The position numbers were made by a program, and so were the translations under genes. The notes beneath the pieces are model-generated. The model searched no databases. It was not told the DNA's origin and saw only the letters and a program-made list of their open reading frames with translations. A stretch of DNA of 61,455 bases, filler included, from Stramenopiles sp. TOSAG23-3 (lineage: Eukaryota): assembly GCA_900128585.1 (NCBI GenBank). It is 13 parts of 13 records of this genome, joined end to end, with 100 filler letters (N's around TTAATTAATTAA, not from the genome) between each part and the next. Parts side by side here need not be neighbours in the genome. Positions count along the whole stretch, not along the records: positions 33,180 to 37,812 come from LT643755.1; positions 37,913 to 42,545 come from LT643756.1; positions 42,646 to 47,275 come from LT643757.1; 10 more parts are not named here. One strand, 5' to 3'. Shown piece after piece: positions 33,181-43,483 of the stretch. The first letter of the stretch is position 1. Each line of letters begins with the position of its first letter.

Positions 33181-33816
33181 AGCTTCACGGAAATGAATCG
33201 GAGGAGACTGGCTGCAGGGTCCACGCGCTTACAACTTGACGGGGGCGTCGAAGTGGCGAAAAAATTATACAAGCACAACACTTCCGGTACTGTGACATTG
33301 TCGAGCGTAGTGAACCGTGCTGTCACAGAAGTGAAATCGAGCAGTGCATCCTTTGTAAGTCATTTATCAAATGCAGGCTTGCAGGGTATTTCAGATGTAC
33401 AGGTAACTCGGGTCGCAACAGTTGGTTCCAGTGACGACAACCCAGCACCCAAAAACGCCCCGACTAGTCCCGACAATCGTTCTTCGCTGATCGTTGTCAT
33501 TATAATCATTGTAATCGGCCTTACGATTGTGGGCGGTTTTGTGTGGAAGGGGAGGAAAATGAGAAAAGAGAAGAAACGGAAAAATAAAAAGGACTTTTCC
33601 AAGGAAGTTGGGTTTGTCAACCCTCTAAAAGATCCCGCGAACACTGCACGATTCCTCCAACAGGTGGAACTAACGACGTTAAACGGCGCGCGCGCATCGA
33701 ACACAATCAAAGCGAAATGGATGAAAGTGCAGGGTACCAAAAAAAGGGAAAACGATGTCGTGAAAATTGTGAAAGTGAAAGGTACCAATAAAACGAAAAA
33801 AATTGCCGTGCTTTAG
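33181..33816 (+). CDS. C-terminal part of a single-pass surface protein (5'-truncated)
   Basis: Frame is open from the edge. RRRL motif, TM segment LIVVIIIIVIGLTIVGGFVW, and a basic cytosolic tail. Confidence 0.75.
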   Translation, partial: SFTEMNRRRLAAGSTRLQLDGGVEVAKKLYKHNTSGTVTLSSVVNRAVTEVKSSSASFVSHLSNAGLQGISDVQVTRVATVGSSDDNPAPKNAPTSPDNRSSLIVVIIIIVIGLTIVGGFVWKGRKMRKEKKRKNKKDFSKEVGFVNPLKDPANTARFLQQVELTTLNGARASNTIKAKWMKVQGTKKRENDVVKIVKVKGTNKTKKIAVL

Positions 33817-34165
33817 CCGGAAGATACATTATACGGAAATTCTGTCGGCAGGCTCAGAGGAGGGATATACAAGGGCGTTAGGCGGAGTTAGGCGTGACGT
33901 GGCGGGGGTAGGCAAGCCGACGAGATTAATATAATAATAACAATAACAAAGCAAAAAATTATCACCCATCATGATCCTACAAATGCTGAATTGTTGAGGA
34001 GGACGGCTGCGGCTGCGGCGGACTAATTGTCGTCTTCTACAAAGAAATAGGCATACATAATATAATATTCAACGTCTCCTTAGTGTCTCCCAACAATAAG
34101 AATTGTATTGTTTGTTCTCGATCTCGCATTGCGGACGTTTAAAGACACCGAGAAGAAAGAGTATC

Positions 34166-35269
34166 ATGATTGGCAGCGTTGAACACAAAGAGAGGATGGA
34201 CGAGCCCTTGATGGAGAGTGGAGAAAGGTCCTTGAGTATGCAGCGCTCTGGGCCAACGGGGCATTCTTCTTCTGGGACACGCTACTTTTGTTCGCTTGCA
34301 TTTAATGTGGTCTTCTTTGTTTCCACCGTTATCATGACGTGCTTGTATGTTAGCAAGGGCGATTCCGAGTCATATCCGGACAGCTTCTCTGCTGACAAAT
34401 GCAACTTTGGGCCGACGCACCACTCCCACATTGTCCTTCCCTTGGCATCGGACAGGGCGAACTGTGTGAAGCAGGACGCTCAATTTTTCATGTCCCATGG
34501 CGCTACATTTTTCTGCCCACACACTTTCGACGTAAAATTGCTTGCTACCATCGAAGAAGATGATGCGCGGGAAACACTGTGTGACAAACACTTTGAAGGT
34601 GTAGAAAAAGGTTCATCCTCAAAAGTTTCGCTGAGGCCAACCTTGCCAGCTGGTGGCTTGCCAGCCCTTGCTCGTGGTCAGTTGCAATCTTGGACCTCCA
34701 ATGTCATGTATCACATCCTGGAATTTGGAAAAAATAATGATGCGGGCCCTGGAAATGGGTGGAATATGACAACCATAAGGACACAGCCGACAACTGTGAA
34801 GGTAATACGAGTGCTTTACGGGCGTGAATTGGAAGTCCAACCTAAACCTGCGGAGCTTACGTATTTGGCGCATTATGCCGGCGCCGAAGGCAAAGCGATA
34901 CTGAGTCATTACATCAGTACTAGTGGGACGTCCGGGTTTGCGCATATTATGAAAGTGTTGATACAATTGCCCACTACCCCTTTCGCGGGCGTCGCTTTGC
35001 GTCAGTCATGGGCCACATTCTTGACCATGGACGAGCGGAAAGACAGCTTCAAGGACAAACTGAAGAAAGGCGAAAAAAATGTGAATGGGAGGCTACACAT
35101 GTATGATCCCGCCACTGGAATGCCCAGGACTGTTCCTGTTGTTGTGCAAGTGGAGCTGGATTATTACGCAGGCGTAAGCGACGGGTTTGCGGGTTTTGGA
35201 ACAATGTGTCCAAACAAAGCACCCTACCCCCAAAGCCCAACAGTGTGTGGCATGAAGATCCCGGAGTAA
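34166..35269 (+). CDS. Uncharacterised type II membrane protein
   Basis: ATG at 34166. An N-terminal TM (LAFNVVFFVSTVIMTCLYV) precedes a globular His-containing domain. Confidence 0.75.
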   Translation: MIGSVEHKERMDEPLMESGERSLSMQRSGPTGHSSSGTRYFCSLAFNVVFFVSTVIMTCLYVSKGDSESYPDSFSADKCNFGPTHHSHIVLPLASDRANCVKQDAQFFMSHGATFFCPHTFDVKLLATIEEDDARETLCDKHFEGVEKGSSSKVSLRPTLPAGGLPALARGQLQSWTSNVMYHILEFGKNNDAGPGNGWNMTTIRTQPTTVKVIRVLYGRELEVQPKPAELTYLAHYAGAEGKAILSHYISTSGTSGFAHIMKVLIQLPTTPFAGVALRQSWATFLTMDERKDSFKDKLKKGEKNVNGRLHMYDPATGMPRTVPVVVQVELDYYAGVSDGFAGFGTMCPNKAPYPQSPTVCGMKIPE

Positions 35270-35786
35270 GCGCAGCTGTGTGTTGTCACTTTTCAAAAAA
35301 CAAAACAAAGGTATGAACCACTACGGTACCAAAAGGAACAAAACACTGAACACATCAAATTTTAATATTCGATAACAAAAAATACATACAAACGGTATTA
35401 CATAGTCCTACTAATAATTATAAGTGTCTGTAGTATACGATCGTAGGTGTCACCACAAAAATCGGGAGAATATATTTTGTCCTCATCAAAAAATGTTGAT
35501 GATAATACATTGAATAGCATTGAAGAAGAAAAATAGGAATTTCATCCCAGATTTTCAAGGGAAAATAGTCATAATAATAATATAGAAATAGGCCACTGTC
35601 GTCAGGCGTCCCGAAGGGTCATATTTTGACAGGATATGTGTGTGCTTGAAGAATACAAAATTGGTGTTAAAATAATGTACTACCTGTACCGCGTACGTCG
35701 CACTTTACAATATCACAGGAGAATGTGTGACCGTCAACACACGGCACAATTCTCAATTTCCCTAAATAACAGCCATTATTTTGTTT

Positions 35787-37811
35787 TTAATTCTTTGAAT
35801 ACAACAATTTCGCATCGTTTAAAGTAACAACGAGTTTGTAATATTCCTCCAAAGCTGTGCAGAGGCGGCTTTCTCCACTATGTATTTCATTGCTTTCAGG
35901 GGCATCTGGATATTCTTGGAGAACTGCTGCCGACTCCGACAACACTTCGTCGATTAACGGTTGTGGTATCCACTGCTCGACTATAGACATATGGTCATCG
36001 CCTTCAAGTGCCGCTCTTAAAATATAAATTATTTGGGAAACCAGCTGAGCAGATTTAGTGCACGCTTCGTAGTACCTTCCGTATTTCAGGTACACCCGAA
36101 TAAGAGCTGATGGGTTTCCTTGAGAAACGGCGAAGCCAGAGGTGGCCAGATTAGTGAGAGCACCAGCAGCCCCAGCGGATTTGACAGAGCCGTATCGAAG
36201 GGATCCTTCACCCCCCATCATCGAGTCTACCAACCACGCCGGGAGCTCAAAGCGGCAATCCAGGGACAGCAACTCATCCGCTACCGACGCATGGAGTTCG
36301 TAATTATTTTCTAGACCATCAAAGCAACAAAGAAACTCTTTTAGGTCTTTCTCGGCGGTGAACGACACTAGCCCTGCGTTCGTGAAATATTCTCGGGCTT
36401 TGGCCCGGACAACTTTGTCCTTCCCCAAGTTGTATGCGTTTGCAACGGTCACAGCGGCTTCGTGCTGATCGCTGTCCGGGCCACTCAACAGCAACGCCAT
36501 TGTCTCGTGCGGGCGTGCGACTGAGGCATGGCTTCTTCGCAGCTTAGTCCTCGCTTGTTCCAGAACAAACTCTCGGGAGATTTGCTCAATGCCTACAATA
36601 TCTTCCGAGGCTACCTTGGCAATGCCCTTCCCTGTCTTTATTTTTGACTCGTCGTATGCACCATTTCCCATTTCTACCTCGGTCACTTCCTCGCGGCGCC
36701 GTTTTGCTCTAATTGCTTCTCCCCGTTCGTGATCAAAAATTTTCGCTTCGCTGTCCGGCAACAGTCGTAACGCGCTAACGGCAGCGGACAATGCGTTTGT
36801 TCTGGCTTCCCTCAGCGCCATGGGCCCGCCCGCATAAGATTCTTCGAGCAATCGCTGGGACAGTTTATACATAGCGCTGGCCGCTTTGTGATAGCTGCCA
36901 TGCCGAACGAAGAAGGCGTATAGGAAATGGTATATAGTGTTTTCACCTGTTCCAATAGAAGCGTGGGCCGCTCTGTCATTCAGAATATCGCGCACGCCAT
37001 CGATTCCACGCAACCCGTCAAGGCTCAACGTTTCCCAAGGCAACCGGCACAACCAGTCCAGTTGGTTCTTATCGTGGAGCTCTACGACAAGCCGTTGGAC
37101 GCAGTCCTTACTTTGCTCCGTGTCAGGGTTAGACAAGATGGCGACAAATGCTTCGTCGTAGCGCCCCAGAATTAAAGTTTGCTGAAAGATGCTTGACCAC
37201 AACGTGGGAACAATAGTCCGCAAAAACGACCCTTCTCCAGCGTTCGCGTCCCCAGTTCCGTGATCTCGAATGGATGCAATAGCCACTCTTGCACAGTGCA
37301 AAACACACAGCGGGTTGTTGAACCCGTCGAAGGTTTCCATGATGGCTAAAATATACTTAATACGTCTATCGCTGGGAGACAGAGGCGCCGCCCTCAGAAA
37401 CTGTTCCATCGCCTCGGGGAAAGAGCCGTCTCCGAGCAAAGACTCCCCCAGCATGTGGGTATGGCGGCGAGCACAACATACCTTCTCGCCATCATTCAAA
37501 TCCCCGAACCCGCATTCCGACATCAAAAGTTTGCTGTACCCTGCCAACCACTGTAACTGGCCATGGGACGATAAATGCTCGGCGACCGCATCGTAAGTAC
37601 TAGTTGGCCACATTAGCCACAGGTAGTCGCGATTTTCTAGATTTACTCCCATCTCAGCGCACCACAAATCTAGCAATGGTTTGCCAATGTCATCAGATAC
37701 GCTGATGACTGTGTCGTTTTGGGTCCTTCCAAGAGTGTACGTAGAAATGTCGTCGTTCAGGGCGACCGTTACCCTCGCCTTGGAGGCAGCAGATTCAGCG
37801 TCCCTAGCCAT
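35787..37811 (-). CDS. NUP160: Nucleoporin Nup160, C-terminal portion (5'-truncated)
   Basis: LWSSIFQQTL..GRYDEAFVAILSNPD....DCVQRLVVEL, YHFLYAF....SYHKAASAMY, LPAWLV and ALIRVYLKYGRY match Nup160 motifs. Confidence 0.85.
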   Translation of the reverse strand: MARDAESAASKARVTVALNDDISTYTLGRTQNDTVISVSDDIGKPLLDLWCAEMGVNLENRDYLWLMWPTSTYDAVAEHLSSHGQLQWLAGYSKLLMSECGFGDLNDGEKVCCARRHTHMLGESLLGDGSFPEAMEQFLRAAPLSPSDRRIKYILAIMETFDGFNNPLCVLHCARVAIASIRDHGTGDANAGEGSFLRTIVPTLWSSIFQQTLILGRYDEAFVAILSNPDTEQSKDCVQRLVVELHDKNQLDWLCRLPWETLSLDGLRGIDGVRDILNDRAAHASIGTGENTIYHFLYAFFVRHGSYHKAASAMYKLSQRLLEESYAGGPMALREARTNALSAAVSALRLLPDSEAKIFDHERGEAIRAKRRREEVTEVEMGNGAYDESKIKTGKGIAKVASEDIVGIEQISREFVLEQARTKLRRSHASVARPHETMALLLSGPDSDQHEAAVTVANAYNLGKDKVVRAKAREYFTNAGLVSFTAEKDLKEFLCCFDGLENNYELHASVADELLSLDCRFELPAWLVDSMMGGEGSLRYGSVKSAGAAGALTNLATSGFAVSQGNPSALIRVYLKYGRYYEACTKSAQLVSQIIYILRAALEGDDHMSIVEQWIPQPLIDEVLSESAAVLQEYPDAPESNEIHSGESRLCTALEEYYKLVVTLNDAKLLYSKN

Positions 37812-37913
37812 GNNNNNNNNNNNNNNNNNNNNNNNNNNNNNNNNNNNNNNNNNNNNTTAATTAATTAANNNNNNNNNNNNNNNNNNNNNNNNNNNNNNNN
37901 NNNNNNNNNNNNA

Positions 37914-39446
37914 GAAGATGGATCAGGCATGGAATTTTTTCACGGAGCCCTTCCGTCGGGAAAAAACGATAGAGCAAATGGGCCTTGCACGTTTGTAATG
38001 GTATCGGTGGCGGTTGGCCGCACTGCCGTCGTGCCGACGGTAGTCCCACCCGTCGGTAAAGTAGAGGAGGCGCCGGCGAAGGGCCAAGCCGTCGGGGCCT
38101 CGTCCATGTCGAACATGGACCCTTCCACGTTTCCGGCTGTGGACAAAAAGAGATATGACAGTGTTTACCATGAAACCCCGATGAACTTGGAGAAGGAAGG
38201 CCATGAGAGCAACTTTACCGACGGTAGCCAGTACGTTTGGTCATACTACCTAAAAGATCAAGACAAGGTGTTCCCCAAATATTTGCTTACCTTCGACTAC
38301 GAGGGCTCCGACATCACGGACGGCAAAGTTCAGCTGTGCGAAATGTGCGAGGCCGTCCCCGCAATACTCTACTGCCAAGCAGACGACGCCAAACTGTGCG
38401 AAAAATGCGACACAGACATGCACAGCGCAAACAAAGTCGTCGCCAGGCACAAAAGGGTGCCACTGAAGGATTTCAAGAAGAAGAAGAGGCGTCTGTCGTT
38501 GATGCAGCGTCGCATGGGGGACACTCTGCAAATTTTCAATTCAAAGTGCCCCCTGCACCCGAAGGTGGACGTCGAGTTTTACTGCAAGGCGTGCGAAATA
38601 CCTGTTTGCGTTCACTGCAAAATGGTCGGAAATCACTCTAGTGGTGAAATGGGAACGCACAAGCTTATTGGCATTGGAAGTGCGTGGCAGCAAGCGGTTG
38701 ATGTGGCGAACGAGCCAGACAAAATTTTGGACCAACGGAAGAAAGACATTGACAGCCATTTGGGGAGCTTGTCCAAGGCCCTCGAAGACGTCGACAAAAA
38801 TGCATACGAACAAGATCTGTTTGTGCGCAAGATGGCTCGCGAGGCCCTGACAAAGATTGCAGCGGAGGCTCAGAGAAAGCGCGATAACCTGCGCTCTGCA
38901 AAACTTGAGCTGTGCCGGCAGCACCAAGAAATTGTATGGACGGAGCACTTTCTAAACCTTCAGCGAGAGGCGCTTCTCCCAGTAGAATTTCTATCGACGT
39001 GGAAGCGTCACAAGCGCGTTCGAGACCAGCTTTACGCGTACAGGGACGAAACCCCCGTTGTTTTGTCAGAAATACACCCTGATATTACTGTAGCAACGAA
39101 AGAGTTACTTGTGCTAAGCAACGACAGCCCGGCACTTGGTGACATTACAGAAGCAGCCGCAGAGGCCAACGGCGAAAGTTTCACTTTCCCAGAAGACGAG
39201 GACGAATCGGGCTCCAGCAACCGATTGTCTATCGCCCCACTTACCAACCGGTTTGCGACTCTGACACGAGAGTTTGGTAACAGACGAACGTCAATATTAA
39301 AAAAACAAAACAATTTCGGTTCTGAAAACAGCAACCGAAGCGCAAATATCGTTGAGACTAACAAGAGCGGGACCGTCGGCAAAGCTAGCACGGTAATGGA
39401 CCAGCTGTGGATGCAGACGCTGTCGGCGAAGAAAACCACCACTTGA
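37914..39446 (+). CDS. Tandem B-box zinc-finger and coiled-coil protein (5'-truncated)
   Basis: B-box 1 is CEMCEAVPAILYCQADDAKLCEKCD..MH......RH. B-box 2 is CPLH....EFYCKACEIPVCVHC....H. The frame is open to the contig edge. Confidence 0.88.
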   Translation, partial: EDGSGMEFFHGALPSGKNDRANGPCTFVMVSVAVGRTAVVPTVVPPVGKVEEAPAKGQAVGASSMSNMDPSTFPAVDKKRYDSVYHETPMNLEKEGHESNFTDGSQYVWSYYLKDQDKVFPKYLLTFDYEGSDITDGKVQLCEMCEAVPAILYCQADDAKLCEKCDTDMHSANKVVARHKRVPLKDFKKKKRRLSLMQRRMGDTLQIFNSKCPLHPKVDVEFYCKACEIPVCVHCKMVGNHSSGEMGTHKLIGIGSAWQQAVDVANEPDKILDQRKKDIDSHLGSLSKALEDVDKNAYEQDLFVRKMAREALTKIAAEAQRKRDNLRSAKLELCRQHQEIVWTEHFLNLQREALLPVEFLSTWKRHKRVRDQLYAYRDETPVVLSEIHPDITVATKELLVLSNDSPALGDITEAAAEANGESFTFPEDEDESGSSNRLSIAPLTNRFATLTREFGNRRTSILKKQNNFGSENSNRSANIVETNKSGTVGKASTVMDQLWMQTLSAKKTTT

Positions 39447-39586
39447 GAGTACTTCGTAGTCGTTTAGTAAGCGAGGAGGATATGATGTTATAAAAACAAA
39501 ATTATGGCTGCAATAATAATAATAAAAGAAAAACAACGAAACAAAATTACAGAATCAAGTTAGGATTAGGGTATGAGGAAGCTAAA

Positions 39587-39712
39587 TTTAATTACTTAAA
39601 TAACAGCCAATTTTCTTGTTTTTATTAATGATCTTTCTATAAGTATGGACCATAGCTCCGTTTACTCGTCTTAAATTCAAGAAAATTGGCTGTTATTTCG
39701 AGTAAATTAAAA
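39587..39712. repeat. Inverted pair of the 3'-flank motif
   Basis: AAATAACAGCCAATTTTCTTG (39598-39618) and its exact reverse complement (39678-39698), with imperfect extension outward. Confidence 0.9.
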
Positions 39713-39831
39713 TGACTCGTCTTAAACACACTTTTTACCAGTAAATTTAGGTAAAAGCTCTTAATTTTCACAACGAAACAACTTTACGTGTTGTGCAATC
39801 TTTGGTCAGTCTTTCAGCGAGTGCACAGTCC

Positions 39832-41436
39832 TTAGTACAGGGGTCCACCTCGGTTTCCTGACCTTCCCGTGTTCACCATGTGGTTACCATCAATTCTGGC
39901 TGGAGCACCACTGAGTTGTACCGGCGGTGCGTTCAAATTGACGCGCCCGTTAATTACTAGCAGTGGGTTCGGCTTCTTCAGAACATCTGGGTTCACAGAT
40001 ATACCGTCCAAGTACTGCTTCAATATGTTCTGCAAATCTTCATTCTCTTTGCGCAGGCGGTCCCTCTCTCGTTCTACAAACAGTTTATCCAGGAGCGCTT
40101 TGTTGCTCTTTTTGAAGAAATTTTCTAAATAGTCCCACTCCTCGACGTTTCTTCCCTTCATGTACCCTTGGGAGTTGATCTCTGGGTCTACGTTTATCGG
40201 GTCGGCGTCTTCGTCAACTTTTCCCGCGCCAGCCATGAGAACCCGCAGCTCTTGGTTCTGCTGTTCCACCTCTTTTTGCAGGTCTTCGTCGTCGTCCTCG
40301 CCGTTCAACAAGGGTGTGGACTCGTAGAAGGGAAGAACCTTTTCTCGCTGGGTCTCGAGCTTTCGCGAAATCTCCGAGTGGTGAACAATATCTTCCGCAA
40401 GTTTAATCTTGTTATTGAGCTCTTCCTTGGTTTTATGTGCATTCTGAGTCAGCTCTAACAAGCGGCGCTGCTCGCCATCACGGAATTTGTTCATCCTCGC
40501 CTTCAACGACTGAAAATGGCGCGAGATGGCGTTCTTCTCTTCCCGCAAGGCCCTGTTCCGCTCCGAGCATTCTTTATTGTTGGTCGAGATTTTCGTTCTC
40601 CAGTGCTGCAGCGTAAGCTGCAGTCGCTCGATCTTCAAAATTTTGGTCTCGATGTCTTTGCTCAGATTCTGGTCCTGCGTGGTCAAGTACTTGAAGTCCT
40701 GGGTACGCTGATCCGTGTTTGTCAAATAGTGCAGGTGGGCCGCTTCAAAGTGGCGCTCTAGCTCTTCGATATTGCTCTCCAACGTGATTCTCAGCACGTT
40801 AATGTCCTCCAAGTTTCTGTTCCTAATTTCTTCTCTAAGAGTTTCGTGCTCAGTCTTTGCCTCCGACTCCCGCTCTCTCTCGTCGGCCTCGACGGCCGCC
40901 ATAATGTCCATGAGTTCCGTCTTTTCCCTATTGTGCTGGTTGATAATCTCTTCCCGTTCCGCGTTGAACTCGTCTTCCAAGGTTCTCAAGTCGTTCTCAA
41001 ACTCGTTTTCCAGGGCCAACAACCGGGCGTCTTGAAGGTCGATCAGGCCATCAATGTTCTGCAAGTGCGCCCTCAGAGCCATCTGGTACTGCTCCTCCGC
41101 CTCTTCCAAATCTCTATCAAGCATCTGAATGATGGCATCCTTCCTGTCCACGTCACGCTCGTGGTTTTGCGACAAAATTTCGATTTCCTTCCGGAGCGAC
41201 TCGACCTTTGCCAGCCGCATAATCTTCCTCCACTGGTTCTGGATCTTGAGCCTATTGACCTTTGTGAATCCTAACTCTCGCTCCATCATTGCTTTAATTC
41301 GCTTCTTCTGGTGCAGGGCTTCCTTTCTGCGCAGCTCCATCATTTGTTCACGCTCCAAACGGGCGGCCAACTCCGCCTCTTCTCCGGAGGGCTTTAGCTT
41401 GGCGCTACCCTTGACTTTCTTCCCAAGACGAACCAT
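39832..41436 (-). CDS. CCDC65: Dynein regulatory complex subunit 2 (DRC2/CCDC65)
   Basis: KIQNQWRKIMRLAKVESLRKEIEILSQNHERDVDRKDAIIQMLDRDLEEAEEQY, RKLETQREKVLPF and LKQYLDGISV...NPLLVIN signatures. Confidence 0.93.
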   Translation of the reverse strand: MVRLGKKVKGSAKLKPSGEEAELAARLEREQMMELRRKEALHQKKRIKAMMERELGFTKVNRLKIQNQWRKIMRLAKVESLRKEIEILSQNHERDVDRKDAIIQMLDRDLEEAEEQYQMALRAHLQNIDGLIDLQDARLLALENEFENDLRTLEDEFNAEREEIINQHNREKTELMDIMAAVEADERERESEAKTEHETLREEIRNRNLEDINVLRITLESNIEELERHFEAAHLHYLTNTDQRTQDFKYLTTQDQNLSKDIETKILKIERLQLTLQHWRTKISTNNKECSERNRALREEKNAISRHFQSLKARMNKFRDGEQRRLLELTQNAHKTKEELNNKIKLAEDIVHHSEISRKLETQREKVLPFYESTPLLNGEDDDEDLQKEVEQQNQELRVLMAGAGKVDEDADPINVDPEINSQGYMKGRNVEEWDYLENFFKKSNKALLDKLFVERERDRLRKENEDLQNILKQYLDGISVNPDVLKKPNPLLVINGRVNLNAPPVQLSGAPARIDGNHMVNTGRSGNRGGPLY

Positions 41437-42645
41437 TTTTAGTTACGTAAGTATGCAAACGGCACGAAGTTACAACGAAGAAGAAAAACAAACAAAACGA
41501 AGTTGAAGGGTCTCTCAAACTCTTTTATTTTCTCTTTGAGCTACGTTCAATCCTAACGCTTTCTTTCATTACATTTCACTCCGCCTTTTCTTCGCTTTGG
41601 TTCTTTTTTTTTATTTCTTTGGCCCCGCCATCCATCACCATGAAATGACTAACTACCGCGGTACTCACAACACGGATTGATTATTTATTATTTTATTTCT
41701 TCTTCTTCCTATTGCCTTGTATTACAGGTACTGTTCCCATAAAAAGACGTTTCACTAGAAATGTTTCTTATTTTAAGTAAATTAAGTATGAATATACATA
41801 ATGAATATTAAATGGAGTTTTAATATCTATTTAGTATAACAAATTGATACAAAATGGGATATATACAATATTACCCTTAATTATTGAAGAGACGCAACGG
41901 TTAAAAAACCCAAAAAACAACAAATCCTGTGGTATTTCTATGTTAATTATAGAATATATATTATTATACTTATTTATTATCTATATAAATAACACTACAG
42001 TGTTCTCCTCCTACGTATAAGAAAGAAGGACTCTACCTCTCTACGAGTACCTCGTAATACAATATATAGCTCCACGCCTCGTATGTAATATTAGAAGAAT
42101 ACGGTACAGGTAATAACAGGGACGGTAGTCAGCTATCTAGACTAAATAAGTGCACAAAAGAAAAGATCTAAAAGCTTCACTACTAATTATTTTAAAATAT
42201 ATACAGATAGTATTACATTATATAGGGATTATAAAGACTAAAATGGTCATTCTTACTGGTTCCCCATTGGTGGTTTCGTAGTCTCTAGTCTCTATGGAGA
42301 AACAGTTTAAGTATATAGAATAATAAAAAAGAGTTCAAGTAGTGTCACATTATGAATGAATGAATGAATGATGAAGAAGAAGAGATACTAGATACTACGA
42401 GTAATAATTATATTGAAGAATGAAGAAGAGAGGATTATTTTATTTTTTATTAGAGGATGATATAAAAATATTGCTCGCTTTTCTAATTTACTCTAATTTC
42501 TTCTGGGAGCTTCTAATGGTCCTTAAAACATTTATTGTAAACAAANNNNNNNNNNNNNNNNNNNNNNNNNNNNNNNNNNNNNNNNNNNNTTAATTAATTA
42601 ANNNNNNNNNNNNNNNNNNNNNNNNNNNNNNNNNNNNNNNNNNNN

Positions 42646-42769
42646 CTTCTTCTTCTTCTTCTTCTTCTTCTTCTTTCTTCTTCTTTCTCTTCTTCTTCTT
42701 CTTCTTCTTCTTCTTCTTCTTTCTTTTCTTCTTCTTCTTTCTCTTCTTCTTCTTCTTCTTCTTCTTCTT
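42646..42769 (+). repeat. (TTC)n microsatellite at contig start
   Basis: Visible tract. Confidence 0.95.
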
Positions 42770-43353
42770 TTTATGTCTCCTCCTCCATTTTTCTAGTTAG
42801 AAATTCACAAATGAATTTTAGTTTATTAGTGTTAGGATTAGGGTGGTTGAAAAAAGTGGGCCATTTTCATAGCTCATCTTAAAGTCTTACGAACACGGAG
42901 AGAAATAATTTTTTTCAACACTACAGCGAATTCCGGGAGAATGGGGTATCCTCCTTGTAGAACGCATCCACAGATGTCACATCTGTCCCGCTGGTGTTAC
43001 TTTCTGAAAACAAAGGCATATTTTTGAGGCTCATAGTTGCATAATCCATGAAATTCCACGCGGTAAGGAGGTTGCTGTCTTCCGGGGACCCGCTGCTCTT
43101 CATGTCTTCCGCGTCGTTTGCCGAGCCTGGAGAAAACGGGGCCTTTCCAATCAATGCGTTGTTCAACGCACACGTTAAAATTAAACTAAAGTTTTAAAGG
43201 TTTTTTAATTTTATTGACACACAAATTTAACCGTTTCATAAATTATCAACTACGCGAGACGCGGCTTTGTATTTATTCGGATTTAGATGTGTATTTTTTA
43301 ATGTTTGTGCTCCATCACTAGATGCACGCACACACACACTATTTTTACACACA

Positions 43354-43476
43354 CACCTCACCGAAAGGGAAGGGTTCGGGGTGGGCGGCTTACCCGCCGG
43401 CCTTCTCTACAACTACTACGATGCGACCGACCGCCTTTCCAGGCCTGCCACGCGTGGCATCAACAACGACAAGGAC
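43354..43476 (-). promoter_or_regulatory. Structured element in the RPL5 3' UTR (candidate cis-regulatory RNA)
   Basis: A GC-rich stretch starting just after the stop codon, with several hairpins: TGCCACGCGTGGCA, GCCT-GGAA-AGGC, GGCGG-GTAAG-CCGCC and CACC-CCGAA-loop-TTCGG-TGA-GGTG. Confidence 0.45.
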
Positions 43477-43483
43477 AGTTCGC

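Noticed and set aside
43090-43130. SRP RNA helix-8-like CCAGG...GAGCAG on the minus strand
   Set aside because: Spacing and loop do not fit the helix 8 consensus, and there is no Alu domain.
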